The translations under genes were made by a program, and so were the position numbers. A stretch of 63,290 nucleotides of DNA, counting the filler, from Thraustochytrium aureum (taxonomy: Eukaryota): the NCBI GenBank assembly GCA_012862495.1. It is 5 parts of 3 records of this genome, joined end to end, with 100 filler letters (N's around TTAATTAATTAA, not from the genome) between each part and the next. Parts side by side here need not be neighbours in the genome. Positions count along the whole stretch, not along the records: positions 1 to 20,400 come from BLSG01000156.1; positions 20,501 to 36,760 come from BLSG01000156.1; 3 more parts are not named here. The stretch is one strand, 5' to 3'. The notes under the pieces were generated by a model that was given only the letters and a program-made list of their open reading frames with translations, was not told where the DNA came from and did not search any database. Shown in pieces: positions 11,244 to 22,506 of this stretch. Position 1 is the first letter of the stretch; each line of letters begins with the position of its first letter.

Positions 11244-14209
11244 CTAGTTGCTGTCCTGGGCCACCTCTGACGAGTCGGCCGCCAGAGCAAAGCATGGCAG
11301 CGCCAGCGGCACAAACAGACCAGCCCCAGCAACCTCCGCGGTCGCTTCGCGAGCCGTGTCGGCATGCATGTGCCGTGACACGACGTCCACGGAAGGGTTG
11401 ATCACTGTCAAATTGGCATCAGCGAGAAGCTGTGCAAACCGGTTGTCGCAGCGCGGGCGCCCAAGCTCGAATTGCGCAAGCGAAGCGTCGATCGGCAGCG
11501 GGGCTTCGAACACCCATGCATCTTGCGAGTCGATTCGGGGCGCCCACGCCCATCCTGCGCGGCCCGCCACCCCCTCCCACCGAAGCAGTGCCAGCGCTGC
11601 GCGTCCTCGCTCCCAGCCGCCGAGCCAAGCTTGAGCGCGCGACAGGGTCGCGTCAAAGGCAATGTCGGCGTTGGCGAGGACGCAAACCCTGCCCGCCAAC
11701 CGAGATCCTGTGTACGTGACCACGTGAGCAAAGGTGAGCCGCTCGCCCACAACCTCCTGGACCACCTTGCCTCGCACGAGGGCGCGGTCGTTCGAGTCAA
11801 GCTTGCCCAGGACGCGCTCCAAAAACCCAACGACATCCATGCGGCCTTCAGTGAGCAAGTGCACCTCGTCGATTTCTCGAAGGCGAACGTTGTCCAACAA
11901 CGCGCGCGCTACTTCCCCTTGCCGCTGCGGATCTGCTGGCTCGAACAGCTGCAAGACCAACACGACCCCACCGCCGACATCGTGCCCCCTTACCCTTTGG
12001 CAACGCGAACCACGCAGCCAGGCATCCAGTACAAAGGACTCGTGCAGGTCTCCCTTTGCGTAGTCCGCGAGCTTGGCGGCGTTGTTGGCCAAGTTTGCCA
12101 AACCAGCTCTCTGCGCCGCAAGAACTGCACTAGCCGTCGCTTTGCCCAAAACCTCCGCCAAGCTCGCCTCTGGGTCAGCGAGTTCCCCGAGGTCGGCCAA
12201 AATGAAGAGGACGGCGGCAACGCGGGCGCGCGGCGCAAGCCCCCCAGGCCGAGCGTCGCAGAATAGAGCTCAAAAGCGCCGGCCGGCTCGCCTCGGTCGC
12301 GCATCAAGTTGCCGAGGTTGTAAATCGGGTCGGCCCAACCAGGCGCAGCCTGCAGGGCGGCCTCGTAAGCGGCGCGCGCGCCATCGACATTGCCAAGCGC
12401 CTGCAGCGTGACGCCGAGGTTGTTGCTGGCAACGGGGTGCGACGCCGAGTGCTGCAGCGCCAGCCGAAACTGCTCGGCGGCCTCCTCAAGCTGGCCAGAC
12501 TGCATCAAGATAGCGCCGAGGTCGCTCAGGGCGTCAGAGCTGCGCGGGCGCAGCTGGACAAGCCGCGAGGCCGCTCGCCGCGCAGCCACAAGATCGCCAC
12601 CTGCGTTCGCGGCCGCGGCCCCAGCAGCAAGCATGTCAAACTCGCCCTGTTCCAGGCCTTGCAGGCGCGCTCCTCGAACCGCGCGAGAGGTCCACGCATG
12701 CCACCCGTCCACGACAGCTTGGTCTGCAAAGACAAGCCCGCCGTTCTCGCGCACCGCTTTGGCAGCCCGCATGCGAGTTGCGCAGTTTGCCCCCAGTTCG
12801 ACCGCGAGATCAACATACCGATCGGCGTCCGCGACGGCGAGCCAGCCAAGCCCAGCCTTGTCAAGCAGCGCACTTGCCATCCGGCCGCGAAGAAAGGCGC
12901 CTCGAAGCGCCACGATCGGCAGTCCCAGCGCAAGCGCATCGGCGGCTGTCTTGGACCCCCCGAAGGGAAACGGGTGAAGAGCCACATCAGCACCGGCCAG
13001 GAGCTCGAGGAACTCAGACCCAGAGGCGACCCGAGACACTATTGTCACGCGGTCTCTGAACAGCAGCCCAGCGCGGCGCAAGGTGGCGCTGAGGCGCGCC
13101 ACGAGCTGCGCCGTCCACTCCGGGCGGCGCGCTTCCAAGAGCACGAGCCGCGACCGAGGCACGCGCTGCAGGATGCTGGCCAGAGCTTGGTCAAATGCCG
13201 GGTGCAGCTTGAACGCGCTCTGTAGGACAGCGAAGACAACGGCCCGAGGGCCCGCCCCGTCGTTCGGCAGCGCGGACGCGCACGCTCGGTCGGCTCGGTC
13301 TGCGATGCGGGCGCGCAGCGCGGGAGGGACCTTTGGGGCCTCATACGAGATTCCAGGCCCAGGTAGACGCACAAGTTGCTCGTGGTAGTGCGGGCTGTCG
13401 CCAGGCGCGCACGCGACGGAGGCGCACGGTGGCTCCAGCCAATCTCCGCTGATAAAGTAGTCCACATGCGGGCCACCGGTGGTCACTGGATTGCCCCAGA
13501 AAGCGGCTTGCACCGTCGCCATGCGTTGGAACGTAAGGCTGTAGGAGACCGGCTCGCTCATCGTGTCCGCAAAAACGAGCAGGTCCAGCTCGAGCCCGCG
13601 AATGCGCTCGCGGGCCTCGGTCCAAGCCATGCGGAGCTCGACTACGTTTTCTGGCCCACCGACGGCGTCGAGGAGCTGCTCCGAGGGCCCGCCTCGAGGG
13701 TGGGGCAGGGCCAATAGCAGCACAGCCTCATACTCTCCCGTTAAGCGCAACCCACGCACGACTTGGGCGAGGAGCTCGCCGTGTGCATGATTGTCGTGCC
13801 AGAACTTTGACAAAAACGCGATTCGCGGCTTCAAGTCCAACCGGCGCGGGCGCGGCGGAGCCGAAAAAGATGCGTTGCGCCCGAGCAGTGGGGAAGCGTG
13901 CATGAGCAACGCGGCTGCGCGAGCCTGGTTGCCAGCCTCGTTAACCCCGTGATAGACCCAGTAAAAGGGAAGCCGCTCTACTTGTGCGACGGGGTCGGGT
14001 ATGTGCCAAGGCGGCCGAGCCTCTGCCGCGGCCTCCAAGGCAGCGTCCAATCCGCGGCGCGCACGGCCTTGCAACGTTTCCGCGCATCCCAGCGGGCCAA
14101 CGCACTGCCCCATGACGGCCTCTTGCATGAACGCTATGCGCACCTCGACGGCACCGGTCACAAGCGGTTCAAAGGCCCTGCGGCACGAAACGGGCCGTCG
14201 CAAGGGCCA
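11244..14209 (-). CDS. GT41 (SPINDLY/OGT/HMW1C-like) glycosyltransferase plus TPRs plus a C-terminal putative GT-like domain (5' end in gap; frameshift at G-run ~12240)
   Basis: IAFLSKFWHDNHAHG, QAAFWGNPVTTG..VDYFIS, FKLHPAFD, HPFPFGG; then TPRs (SNNLGVTLQ, YNLGNLM); then ANADIAFD...ALLRW...SQDAWVF...LGRPRCDNRFA. Confidence 0.75.
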
Positions 14210-15427
14210 NNNNNNNNNNNNNNNNNNNNNNNNNNNNNNNNNNNNNNNNNNNNNNNNNNNNNNNNNNNNNNNNNNNNNNNNNNNNNNNNNNNNNNNNNNN
14301 NNNNNNNNNNNNNNNNNNNNNNNNNNNNNNNNNNNNNNNNNNNNNNNNNNNNNNNNNNNNNNNNNNNNNNNNNNNNNNNNNNNNNNNNNNNNNNNNNNNN
14401 NNNNNNNNNNNNNNNNNNNNNNNNNNNNNNNNNNNNNNNNNNNNNNNNNNNNNNNNNNNNNNNNNNNNNNNNNNNNNNNNNNNNNNNNNNNNNNNNNNNN
14501 NNNNNNNNNNNNNNNNNNNNNNNNNNNNNNNNNNNNNNNNNNNNNNNNNNNNNNNNNNNNNNNNNNNNNNNNNNNNNNNNNNNNNNNNNNNNNNNNNNNN
14601 NNNNNNNNNNNNNNNNNNNNNNNNNNNNNNNNNNNNNNNNNNNNNNNNNNNNNNNNNNNNNNNNNNNNNNNNNNNNNNNNNNNNNNNNNNNNNNNNNNNN
14701 NNNNNNNNNNNNNNNNNNNNNNNNNNNNNNNNNNNNNNNNNNNNNNNNNNNNNNNNNNNNNNNNNNNNNNNNNNNNNNNNNNNNNNNNNNNNNNNNNNNN
14801 NNNNNNNNNNNNNNNNNNNNNNNNNNNNNNNNNNNNNNNNNNNNNNNNNNNNNNNNNNNNNNNNNNNNNNNNNNNNNNNNNNNNNNNNNNNNNNNNNNNN
14901 NNNNNNNNNNNNNNNNNNNNNNNNNNNNNNNNNNNNNNNNNNNNNNNNNNNNNNNNNNNNNNNNNNNNNNNNNNNNNNNNNNNNNNNNNNNNNNNNNNNN
15001 NNNNNNNNNNNNNNNNNNNNNNNNNNNNNNNNNNNNNCTCACTCAGGCAGGCTTGGCGCGGTTCGACTCGCTAGTTGAGGCCCTCCACGAGGTGAGCTTC
15101 TCGGGGGTCGAGCTGGTGGACGCTGACCGCCTGCCCTTGCCTTTCGATCCGCAGATCGCCGTAAATCCGCAAGCCTTGGCCCGCCAAGACAGCTAGCTGG
15201 CTAGCTGGTCGGACGCGCCCAATGCCGTGATCTCCACGCACCGCAGGCCGGAACTTTACAGGGTACCAGCGCATCACAAGTGGGCCAATTCAACCAGCCT
15301 TCCAGGGAGCCAGGCACTCGAAAGGCCGCTGCGGCGGCCTTCCCGCGTCGACTCGGATTCCAAACCACATCCACTCGGGCATCTTGCGCGTAAACGCGCG
15401 GCGTCGTCGTTGCCAGCGATTGTGGGC

Positions 15428-16855
15428 TCACGTCGGCGAAAACGTTTGGCGTAGCTTTTTCACGCCGCTACTTCGCGGAACACCACGTTGTAGGCTGCGG
15501 ACGATCGCGGCAAACTCGTCCGTGTAGCGAAATCGCTGAAACGGGTCGCGCTCCATCAAACCGAAAATCTCCTCCATAGCTTCGTCAAAAACGTCGACAG
15601 GTAGTTTGGGACACGTGTCCGCCGTCGGCTTCGTGGACCCAAACGCCTTGACCAGGTTCGAGCGCTGCTGGCCGTCGATATTGATCTGGAGGTCTGCGTC
15701 TTCCGAAATAAATGTACAGAAGATGTTGCAGGCCACAGTTGCCCGCGACCGCTCGGTGGGTGCCTCATCATACATCTCGCGCCATTCTCGAGCAGTTCGC
15801 CAAAACAGAATGCTTTCGACGTTGCATTCCTCTGCAAGAAGCTTTTGAAACGAGCGAAGACCAGAGGGGATGGCAAGCACGGTTTCGAGCGTGACGTCGG
15901 CTGGACTGATAGATTCTGTCCCCGAAATTATGCGGCTTGCAGTGCTCCCTTGGGGGATGACAGAACTGCTAACCCGCCTAGAGTGCGGCCCCCGTCTCAG
16001 CGCGTCGTCGGGGTCTCTGAACGTCCTGAGAAGTGGCTGGAAGTGAATCACATGGTGCTGGTAAACAAGGCCAACGTTCAAAACCCACGCAGTTGGGAAG
16101 TCCACCCAACGACTCAGGAAGAAAGCAGCAAAGGTCCACAACACGAGCGTCACGGCGCCAGCCTTGACCACTTTGGTATCCTGCGCCCGCAGGTGATGCG
16201 AGTCGTCTACGCCTCCCAAATTGTAGTAGAGTACCTTTGCATCGATCACTACGTAGATGAGGACCACCAACAAAAAGAATCCTTCGGTTATGGCGTCCCG
16301 AAGACAACCGTTGCAACCTGAGCCGTAAATAGGGTTGGTAATAACCGATACGCTGACGACAACGCTTGGTATCGCCAGAGAGAGGCACAACGCGCGTATC
16401 TCGTTCGCGCTTCCAGCTTGTCGCATCCGCTTTCGCAACGCGGTGAGATCGAGTGCGGTCTCTGTTATCGCAAAAGACTCCATCGCTTTTCCCAAGCGAG
16501 ATTGGTTGTAAAGCTGGATGAAGGTGATGGTCTGCGGGGCAAGAACCAGCGGCATGCCGAAGGCGCGAAACACGAGAAGCATCTCGCAAGGAAAGTCATT
16601 GCGCCCGTATGCGTCCCGGAACATGACAATCGTATGGATCATCATCGCGCCAATCACAGTTGTCACCATAAGCCTTGCTTCGCGCAAGCATAGAGGGAAC
16701 AGATTCCGGCGCCAGACCAGCAAGATTGTTGAAGGGACGGTGTACAGCGTCACCAGTCCGAACGCCAAGCCCATCCCCACCCTCATTCCGAAGCTTAATT
16801 CCTTTGGGTTTTGTTCATCGTGCAATTGCAAGATCAACTCCGTGCAATTCGCCAT
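15428..16855 (-). CDS. 7TM-RGS protein (multi-pass membrane domain fused to a regulator of G-protein signalling domain)
   Basis: About seven hydrophobic segments, then an RGS box: FQKLLAEECNVESILFW...IFCTFISEDADLQINID...VFDEAMEEIFGLMERDPFQRF. Confidence 0.85.
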   Translation of the reverse strand: MANCTELILQLHDEQNPKELSFGMRVGMGLAFGLVTLYTVPSTILLVWRRNLFPLCLREARLMVTTVIGAMMIHTIVMFRDAYGRNDFPCEMLLVFRAFGMPLVLAPQTITFIQLYNQSRLGKAMESFAITETALDLTALRKRMRQAGSANEIRALCLSLAIPSVVVSVSVITNPIYGSGCNGCLRDAITEGFFLLVVLIYVVIDAKVLYYNLGGVDDSHHLRAQDTKVVKAGAVTLVLWTFAAFFLSRWVDFPTAWVLNVGLVYQHHVIHFQPLLRTFRDPDDALRRGPHSRRVSSSVIPQGSTASRIISGTESISPADVTLETVLAIPSGLRSFQKLLAEECNVESILFWRTAREWREMYDEAPTERSRATVACNIFCTFISEDADLQINIDGQQRSNLVKAFGSTKPTADTCPKLPVDVFDEAMEEIFGLMERDPFQRFRYTDEFAAIVRSLQRGVPRSSGVKKLRQTFSPT

Positions 16856-17833
16856 CGGTTCGGCTTCGCCCTGGAGAGCCGCCGAGTGACTGAGGCGTTT
16901 CCCGGCAACTCACACTAGCACTGATGTGCTCCGCGTGCCTGGCCCGGTCGTCCACCGCCAGCTCCTGCGCTCGTCGAGCTTGCGCGCTCTTGGTGCTGGG
17001 GCGCAGAGCGCCCGGTTGCGTCACTGCGAGCGCTCACTGCGAGCGGTCGCCCCGCTCCTCCATGTAAGTAAGTGATCGCACGGCGACTCCAACGGATTTA
17101 TCCGCACTTTTGAACATTTCTTCCCCGCGAGCGCAGTGGCAACTCCGTGGAGGCGGCAGCCACGCGGTTGGACGCAAATAGCGTTGAGTGAGCGACTGTG
17201 AGCTGGGCTGTTTTGTGCTCTTGGCAGTCGGCCCTACTCGCGTTCGCCCACCCCTGCAAACAAGAGACTTGAGAGCTCTCAACGCATCTTTCGCCACTGT
17301 GCGACCGAGTCTCGCCTTGGTGGCCACCTTCCTTCCGTAGATGGCTCGGAGGTCCAGAGCCGGCTGCGAGGAGCGCTCGCTGGGCTCGAGTCGGGCTTCG
17401 TCCAACCACTGTGTAGACTCGGTACTCGGTTGCATGCAAAGNGTCTACNNNNNNNNNNNNNNNNNNNNNNNNNNNNNNNNNNNNNNNNNNNNNNNNNNNN
17501 NNNNNNNNNNNNNNNNNNNNNNNNNNNNNNNNNNNNNNNNNNNNNNNNNNNNNNNNNNNNNNNNNNNNNNNNNNNNNNNNNNNNNNNNNNNNNNNNNNNN
17601 NNNNNNNNNNNNNNNNNNNNNNNNNNNNNNNNNNNNNNNNNNNNNNNNNNNNNNNNNNNNNNNNNNNNNNNNNNNNNNNNNNNNNNNNNNNNNNNNNNNN
17701 NNNNNNNNNNNNNNNNNNNNNNNNNNNNNNNNNNNNNNNNNNNNNNNNNNNNNNNNNNNNNNNNNNNNNNNNNNNNNNNNNNNNNNNNNNNNNNNNNNNN
17801 NNNNNNNNNNNNNNNNNNNNNNNNNNNNNNNNN

Positions 17834-19006
17834 GTGGCCAGCCTCCAAAGGAGGGGCTGGGAAGCAGAGGCCGCCAGGAAGGCGGTAATGGACGCGGCTA
17901 GGATAGACGGTGAACTCCGGGCGCTCAAGCGAGAGCTGGACAGGGAACGCAAGGCAGGCAAACGCAAGGAAGGCGCGTTTCGCGGGGATCCGCGAGCCTT
18001 GCCCGACGAAGAGAGGGCGCGACGGAGGGCGCTCAAGGAGCTGCTCAAAGGGAAAGAAACCGCGATCGCGGAGGCGCAGGAACTGCTCAATTCTGCTCTC
18101 CGCGGCCTCGGGAACCTCGTCCAGCAGCATGTGGCTGAGAGGATAGCGGCAACCGCTGAAGCGAAGGCTGCTGGCACGGGGGACGTCGTATCGCTTATGG
18201 CGCACTTTGCTGCGGCGATGGGAGACAAGGCGATGGTCGGCGAAGGAGCCCGAGCCCTCGCCGGCCGCTGGCTCGACGAGTCTCGCGAGCTGCCCTTGTT
18301 TATTTGGTCGGGCCCACAGGCTGCAGAAGGCGTCTTGCTCTGTGCTGGCGAGGACAGAGTCTCCGAGTTCGCGGTGCACGCTGTCCTAGAGCGCGCCATG
18401 TCAATCGCGCGGCTCTGCGAACAGGTCGTTTTGTTGTCGCCGGTGCCATCTCAGAGCTTGGACGACGCGTGGGCGTATGCCGTGCGCCTCTCGGCGGCGG
18501 GGCGCCCGTTGCTGACGGTGGCATGCTCGACGGATTTCGAGACGCGCGCGCTGGGCGTGCGATCCGGCCCGAAGAAGCTCAAGTCGGTCAACGCGTCGCA
18601 AAAGTTTGCGCATTGTATTCGTCTCCGCGATGAGGATCCGGCGTTTTGGGCTGGCCCACTGCAGAGCAGCCGCTGCTCTGCGAGCGAGGCCGATCCAATC
18701 AATGTTTGCCCCCCCACGCTCTGGGAGCGCGCAGCCGAAAGCTGTGGTGCTACAGGAAGCTCTGCTTGCGGGGCTGACCTCCCTGCGGCCGAGTGGCTCG
18801 CGTCGGGACGCTTGCGCGCTTTGGAGCTCGACCAGCTGGAGGACTGGCTTTGCGTGCACAGCTTTGTCGGGGGCTGGACTGAAGGCCCGTTTGACGCGCC
18901 TCTCCGAGAGGCGGTTCTCGGGTCCGGCGCAAGCTGCCTTCCCGTCCAGTACCCGTGCGTGCACCGGTGGCTGTGCGTGGGCGGACGCGGATGGTCAGAT
19001 ACGTAG
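17834..19006 (+). CDS. Degenerate seryl-tRNA synthetase-like protein with a C-terminal eEF1B/GST-like helical domain (5' end in gap)
   Basis: Coiled coil ending LGNLVQQHV; ACSTDFETRALGVRSG..KK...FAHCI resembles SerRS SCSNCTDYQSRRL.IR.G; C-terminal LEDWLCVHSFVGG...D...YPCVHRW resembles the eEF1B N-terminal domain. Confidence 0.55.
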   Translation: MASLQRRGWEAEAARKAVMDAARIDGELRALKRELDRERKAGKRKEGAFRGDPRALPDEERARRRALKELLKGKETAIAEAQELLNSALRGLGNLVQQHVAERIAATAEAKAAGTGDVVSLMAHFAAAMGDKAMVGEGARALAGRWLDESRELPLFIWSGPQAAEGVLLCAGEDRVSEFAVHAVLERAMSIARLCEQVVLLSPVPSQSLDDAWAYAVRLSAAGRPLLTVACSTDFETRALGVRSGPKKLKSVNASQKFAHCIRLRDEDPAFWAGPLQSSRCSASEADPINVCPPTLWERAAESCGATGSSACGADLPAAEWLASGRLRALELDQLEDWLCVHSFVGGWTEGPFDAPLREAVLGSGASCLPVQYPCVHRWLCVGGRGWSDT

Positions 19007-19075
19007 GCGCTTCCGCCACGCGTATGCCGGCTGCGCTTGGCTTGGAAACCCTGAGAAGGAACTGAAAATTAACCT

Positions 19076-20400
19076 TTAGAAACGACGGGTTGACGACGCG
19101 AGCACCGCCGAAGACACGCGCACGAGAACAAAGGCCACCAGCCCAGCAGGCGAAACTGAACGGTCCAAGAGCGGCTCGAAGAGCGCTCTGGCCGCGTCGA
19201 TCCTGTCCTTGGCCGCCCGAGCAGCAAACTCGGGAATGCTGGCGTTTGGCGCGACAAGAGCAGTTCCAGCCTGCAGCGCCTGAGCCGGGTCCCAGCCGTA
19301 GGCTTTCAAAAAGGTCGCGACGCTTGCGTCGCCAAGCGAAATGGGAGGAATGTAGATTTCCTCGCTCCCTGGTAGGCGGTACCACCAGCGCGTCGTGTTG
19401 TACCTCTCTGGTGGCGGAGAATCAGCTTTGGAGCTGCCTACCGCCCGGTCTAGTGCCGGCAGCCTCGTAAAGTCATAGGCGACCCTGACGGCCCTGAGGC
19501 GCGCTGGGCGAAAGCTGGCGTCGTGCGTGCCGTTGACGAGCCGCATCACTGCCGGGCTGTTGGAGAGCACCTTGTGGCAGAGGTGGATGAGCCACGGGGC
19601 CTGTTGGTACGACGACAGCGCTGCAAACCACATCTGCCAGTCAAGGCGCGGCTGCGCCGGCCAGAGCAGCGGCGGAGCGCGATCCAGGTCGCCCGGCTTG
19701 TAGCGGAGCTCGAGATCTCGCCAGATGTCTGGCTTGTCCGCCAGCTCGACCTGCAGGATCACCTCGGGGCGGGCGACTGCCCCGGTCGCTGGGTCGACGC
19801 CCGTCATGCGCCGAAAGAGGCCATATCCATGCGCGACGCCGCCCGTGCCTTGCGTCGCAGTGTATCCGTGCAACACGGTCTTTGGCACCAGGTTGTGGAG
19901 GACTGCGCGCGACTCGTCGAGCGTCGCCAGCGGAACGAAGCTCACGAGGGCGAGGAAGAGCAGGCAGAGCGCGAGGCCAGCGCTGGTCGCCGTGCGCGCG
20001 ATTGCGGCCCCAAGCCTCGCAGGGCCCGAGGTCCAGAACACTTTGGTCGCCTCGGCGAGGGGTGCCGCGACGTCAAGGGCGCCGCAGAGCCCCACGGAGC
20101 CTGCTAGCCAATAGAAGGTCGGTTCGAGAGCGAGCCGGACGTGGGCGTCCATTCGGGCGGGAAACCGGCCCTGTAGGCGAAGCGGCCAGTCGGGGGAGGC
20201 TAGATCTCCGACAGTCTCAAACATCTCTGTGCACGCGTAGTAGGCGACGGGTGCGAGTCCAGCGACGGTGACGACGACGGCCCCGGCGCGTGTAGCCTCA
20301 AGTCGGGCGCGGGCGCGGCAAGCCAGCACGAGCGGCCCGTCGCTTTCGAGCGCCGCGGCGCCGAGGTCCGCAGTGGATCCTGGGTTTGACTCTGAGCCTG
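19076..20400 (-). CDS. LMF2: Lipase maturation factor family protein, C-terminal part (truncated by linker)
   Basis: HGYGLFRRMTG, RPEVIL, YKPGD, QPRLDWQMWFAAL. Confidence 0.85.
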
Positions 20401-20500
20401 NNNNNNNNNNNNNNNNNNNNNNNNNNNNNNNNNNNNNNNNNNNNTTAATTAATTAANNNNNNNNNNNNNNNNNNNNNNNNNNNNNNNNNNNNNNNNNNNN
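20401..20500. other. Artificial scaffold linker
   Basis: N44-TTAATTAATTAA-N44; stop codons in all six frames. Confidence 0.97.
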
Positions 20501-20759
20501 TTTGTTTGGGGTGATTCGCCGGTGTTTGGGGAGGAGGAGGCGTTGTGTGGATTTTGGATGGGTGGGCGGCGAGGAGGGGAGGAGGAGGAGACGCACGTGG
20601 AGCGAGTGAGCAGAAGGGCGGCGACGCACAGCAGAGCGTGGCGGGCGAGGCAAGGAGCAAGAGCGGAGGAGGCAGCGCGCAGGGCAAGGGAGGGGACAGC
20701 GTGAGGCGCGCCAGGGAGGAATGTTTCTGTTTGGCAAGGACGGCGCGCTGCGAGGGGCG

Positions 20760-21813
20760 ATGGACGGCGTCAAGGCTGCGCTTGCGCCAAAGGAGGCGGA
20801 ATGCGCTGGGATGACACCCGTGGGCAGCAAGAGCGAGATGGATGCGGCGGCAGCGCAGGCCGCCGCGCAGGCAGCAATGGCCCGCGAGCAGGGACTGCCG
20901 ATCGGCACCGAGAACCAGCCGAGCTCGGCCGAGCAGCTGGCCGCAGCCACCGCCAAGCGCGCCGAAGCGGAGAAGGCGCTCGCGAAGCGCGGCAACCCGG
21001 GCGGGTTTGACAAAGCCGACTCTGACGCCAAGCGGGTGCTGAACCCCGAGTATTTCGACGGCATGCGGCTGATCATCAACAAGCCGCTGTCGCAGAAATT
21101 CCAGACCTCGCACGAGTTTTGGCTGGGCTCGCAGCTCAACCAGCAAAAAGCCCAACTCGTACCACTTTGGCGCGCAGCTGACCCCGACCGACTCTGTCTT
21201 TCTGATGGGCCGCATCGCGCCAGACGGCCAGCTTGACGCACAGTACCACCACAACCTTACTCCGCAACTGACCTCGCGGGTCGTGGGCATGCTGAGCCCG
21301 GACTCGTCGCGCAGCGTGCTGCAACTCGACCTCGAGTACAAGGGCAGCGACTTTACGGGCGGCGTCAAGTTCTCGCAAGGCCCGTACGCGAGCGTGAGCT
21401 ACTTTCAGAGCGTGACTAAGAACCTGTCGCTGGGCGGTGAGGGCGTCGTCAACACAGGACAAGGCTACTCGCACCTCTTTGCGCGTGGCAAGTACGCGGA
21501 CGAGCAAAACCAGGTCACGCTAACCTACACGACGCTCAACACGGTATCGGCCAGCTACTTTCGCAAGGTGAACGAGCGCGTCGGGCTTGCCACCGAGTTT
21601 GAGGTCAACCTTGCCACAAACGAGTCGCTCATGAACCTGGGGTGGGAGTTTGGTCTGCGCCAGGCGCGCGTGCAGGGCACGGTCTCGACGGACGGCATCT
21701 TGGCAACGCAGGTGCAGCACGTTTTGGAGCCGGGCTTTTCTCTCTTTCTCAACGCGATTCTCAACCACGACAAGGGCGAGCACCGCTTCGGCTATGGCGT
21801 GCAGTTTGGCTGA
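20760..21813 (+). CDS. TOM40: Mitochondrial import channel TOM40 (frameshift at A-run ~21145)
   Basis: [60 protein letters not shown]. An alternative ATG lies at 20721. Confidence 0.9.
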
Positions 21814-21998
21814 GCGCGCGCGGGGTTTGCGGGGGGAAGGGGGCGCCGCCTGGCCGCTTTGCACGACAAGGGCAGGCTGGCACGTAACACTCGCAACCAA
21901 TTTTTTGACACTTCAAGACCTATATCCTACGCTAGAGCTGTGACCTACCCCGTCTGCGAGGGGCCCCGCCCTGGGCGCGGAGGCCGTGCGGCCAGAGG

Positions 21999-22325
21999 TC
22001 ACCTTGCTTTGGCGGCAGCGAAGGACTGGCGCTTGCTTTTCGCCTCGCGCACTTTGGCCACATAGCCCTTGATCAGCTTGGAAAACGTATACTCGTCCAG
22101 CTTGGTCAGCATCTCCGAGAACGCGAGCCACTCCTCCCTCGACACCATGCCGTCGCCGTCCCGGTCGGCCCTGTCCAGCTGCACCTGCGCCTCCTTGGTT
22201 GTCACGGGTGACCCGGTCATCGCCTCGCCAAGCAGCACGAAGGCGCGCGCGTCCAGAAACCCGGACGAGTCCAGGTCGAGGGTGTCAAAGAGCTCGCTCA
22301 GCAGCCGCTCGCACTCTCCGTTCAT
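21999..22325 (-). CDS. Small EF-hand protein
   Basis: Two EF loops: DLDSSGFLD and DRDGDGMVSREEW. Confidence 0.7.
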   Translation of the reverse strand: MNGECERLLSELFDTLDLDSSGFLDARAFVLLGEAMTGSPVTTKEAQVQLDRADRDGDGMVSREEWLAFSEMLTKLDEYTFSKLIKGYVAKVREAKSKRQSFAAAKAR

Positions 22326-22446
22326 CCCCACATGCAGCGGAGCCGCCCGCGCGCTTGCCCGTCCTGCCCTGTCGCGGCATCCGCGCCCGACCGGACAGTT
22401 CGCCCTCTATCTTCCGTCATGGCCCTCTATACGATTGCCCGCTGTG

Positions 22447-22506
22447 TTATTAAACTGCGGGGCATATTTATCAAACTGCGGGGCATATTTTATTAAACTG
22501 CGGGGC
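22447..22506 (+). repeat. 21-22-bp tandem repeat running into a gap
   Basis: ttat(t/c)aaactgcggggcatat occurs about three times before the N-run. Confidence 0.85.

Noticed and set aside
20445..20456. TTAA repeats as piggyBac target sites or a biological motif
   Set aside because: The same 12-mer sits between N44 blocks four times, which marks a synthetic linker.
20760..21813. Programmed ribosomal frameshifting or pseudogenisation of TOM40 and other genes
   Set aside because: The indels fall in varied homopolymers of conserved genes with no shared slippery motif; sequencing error is the simpler explanation.
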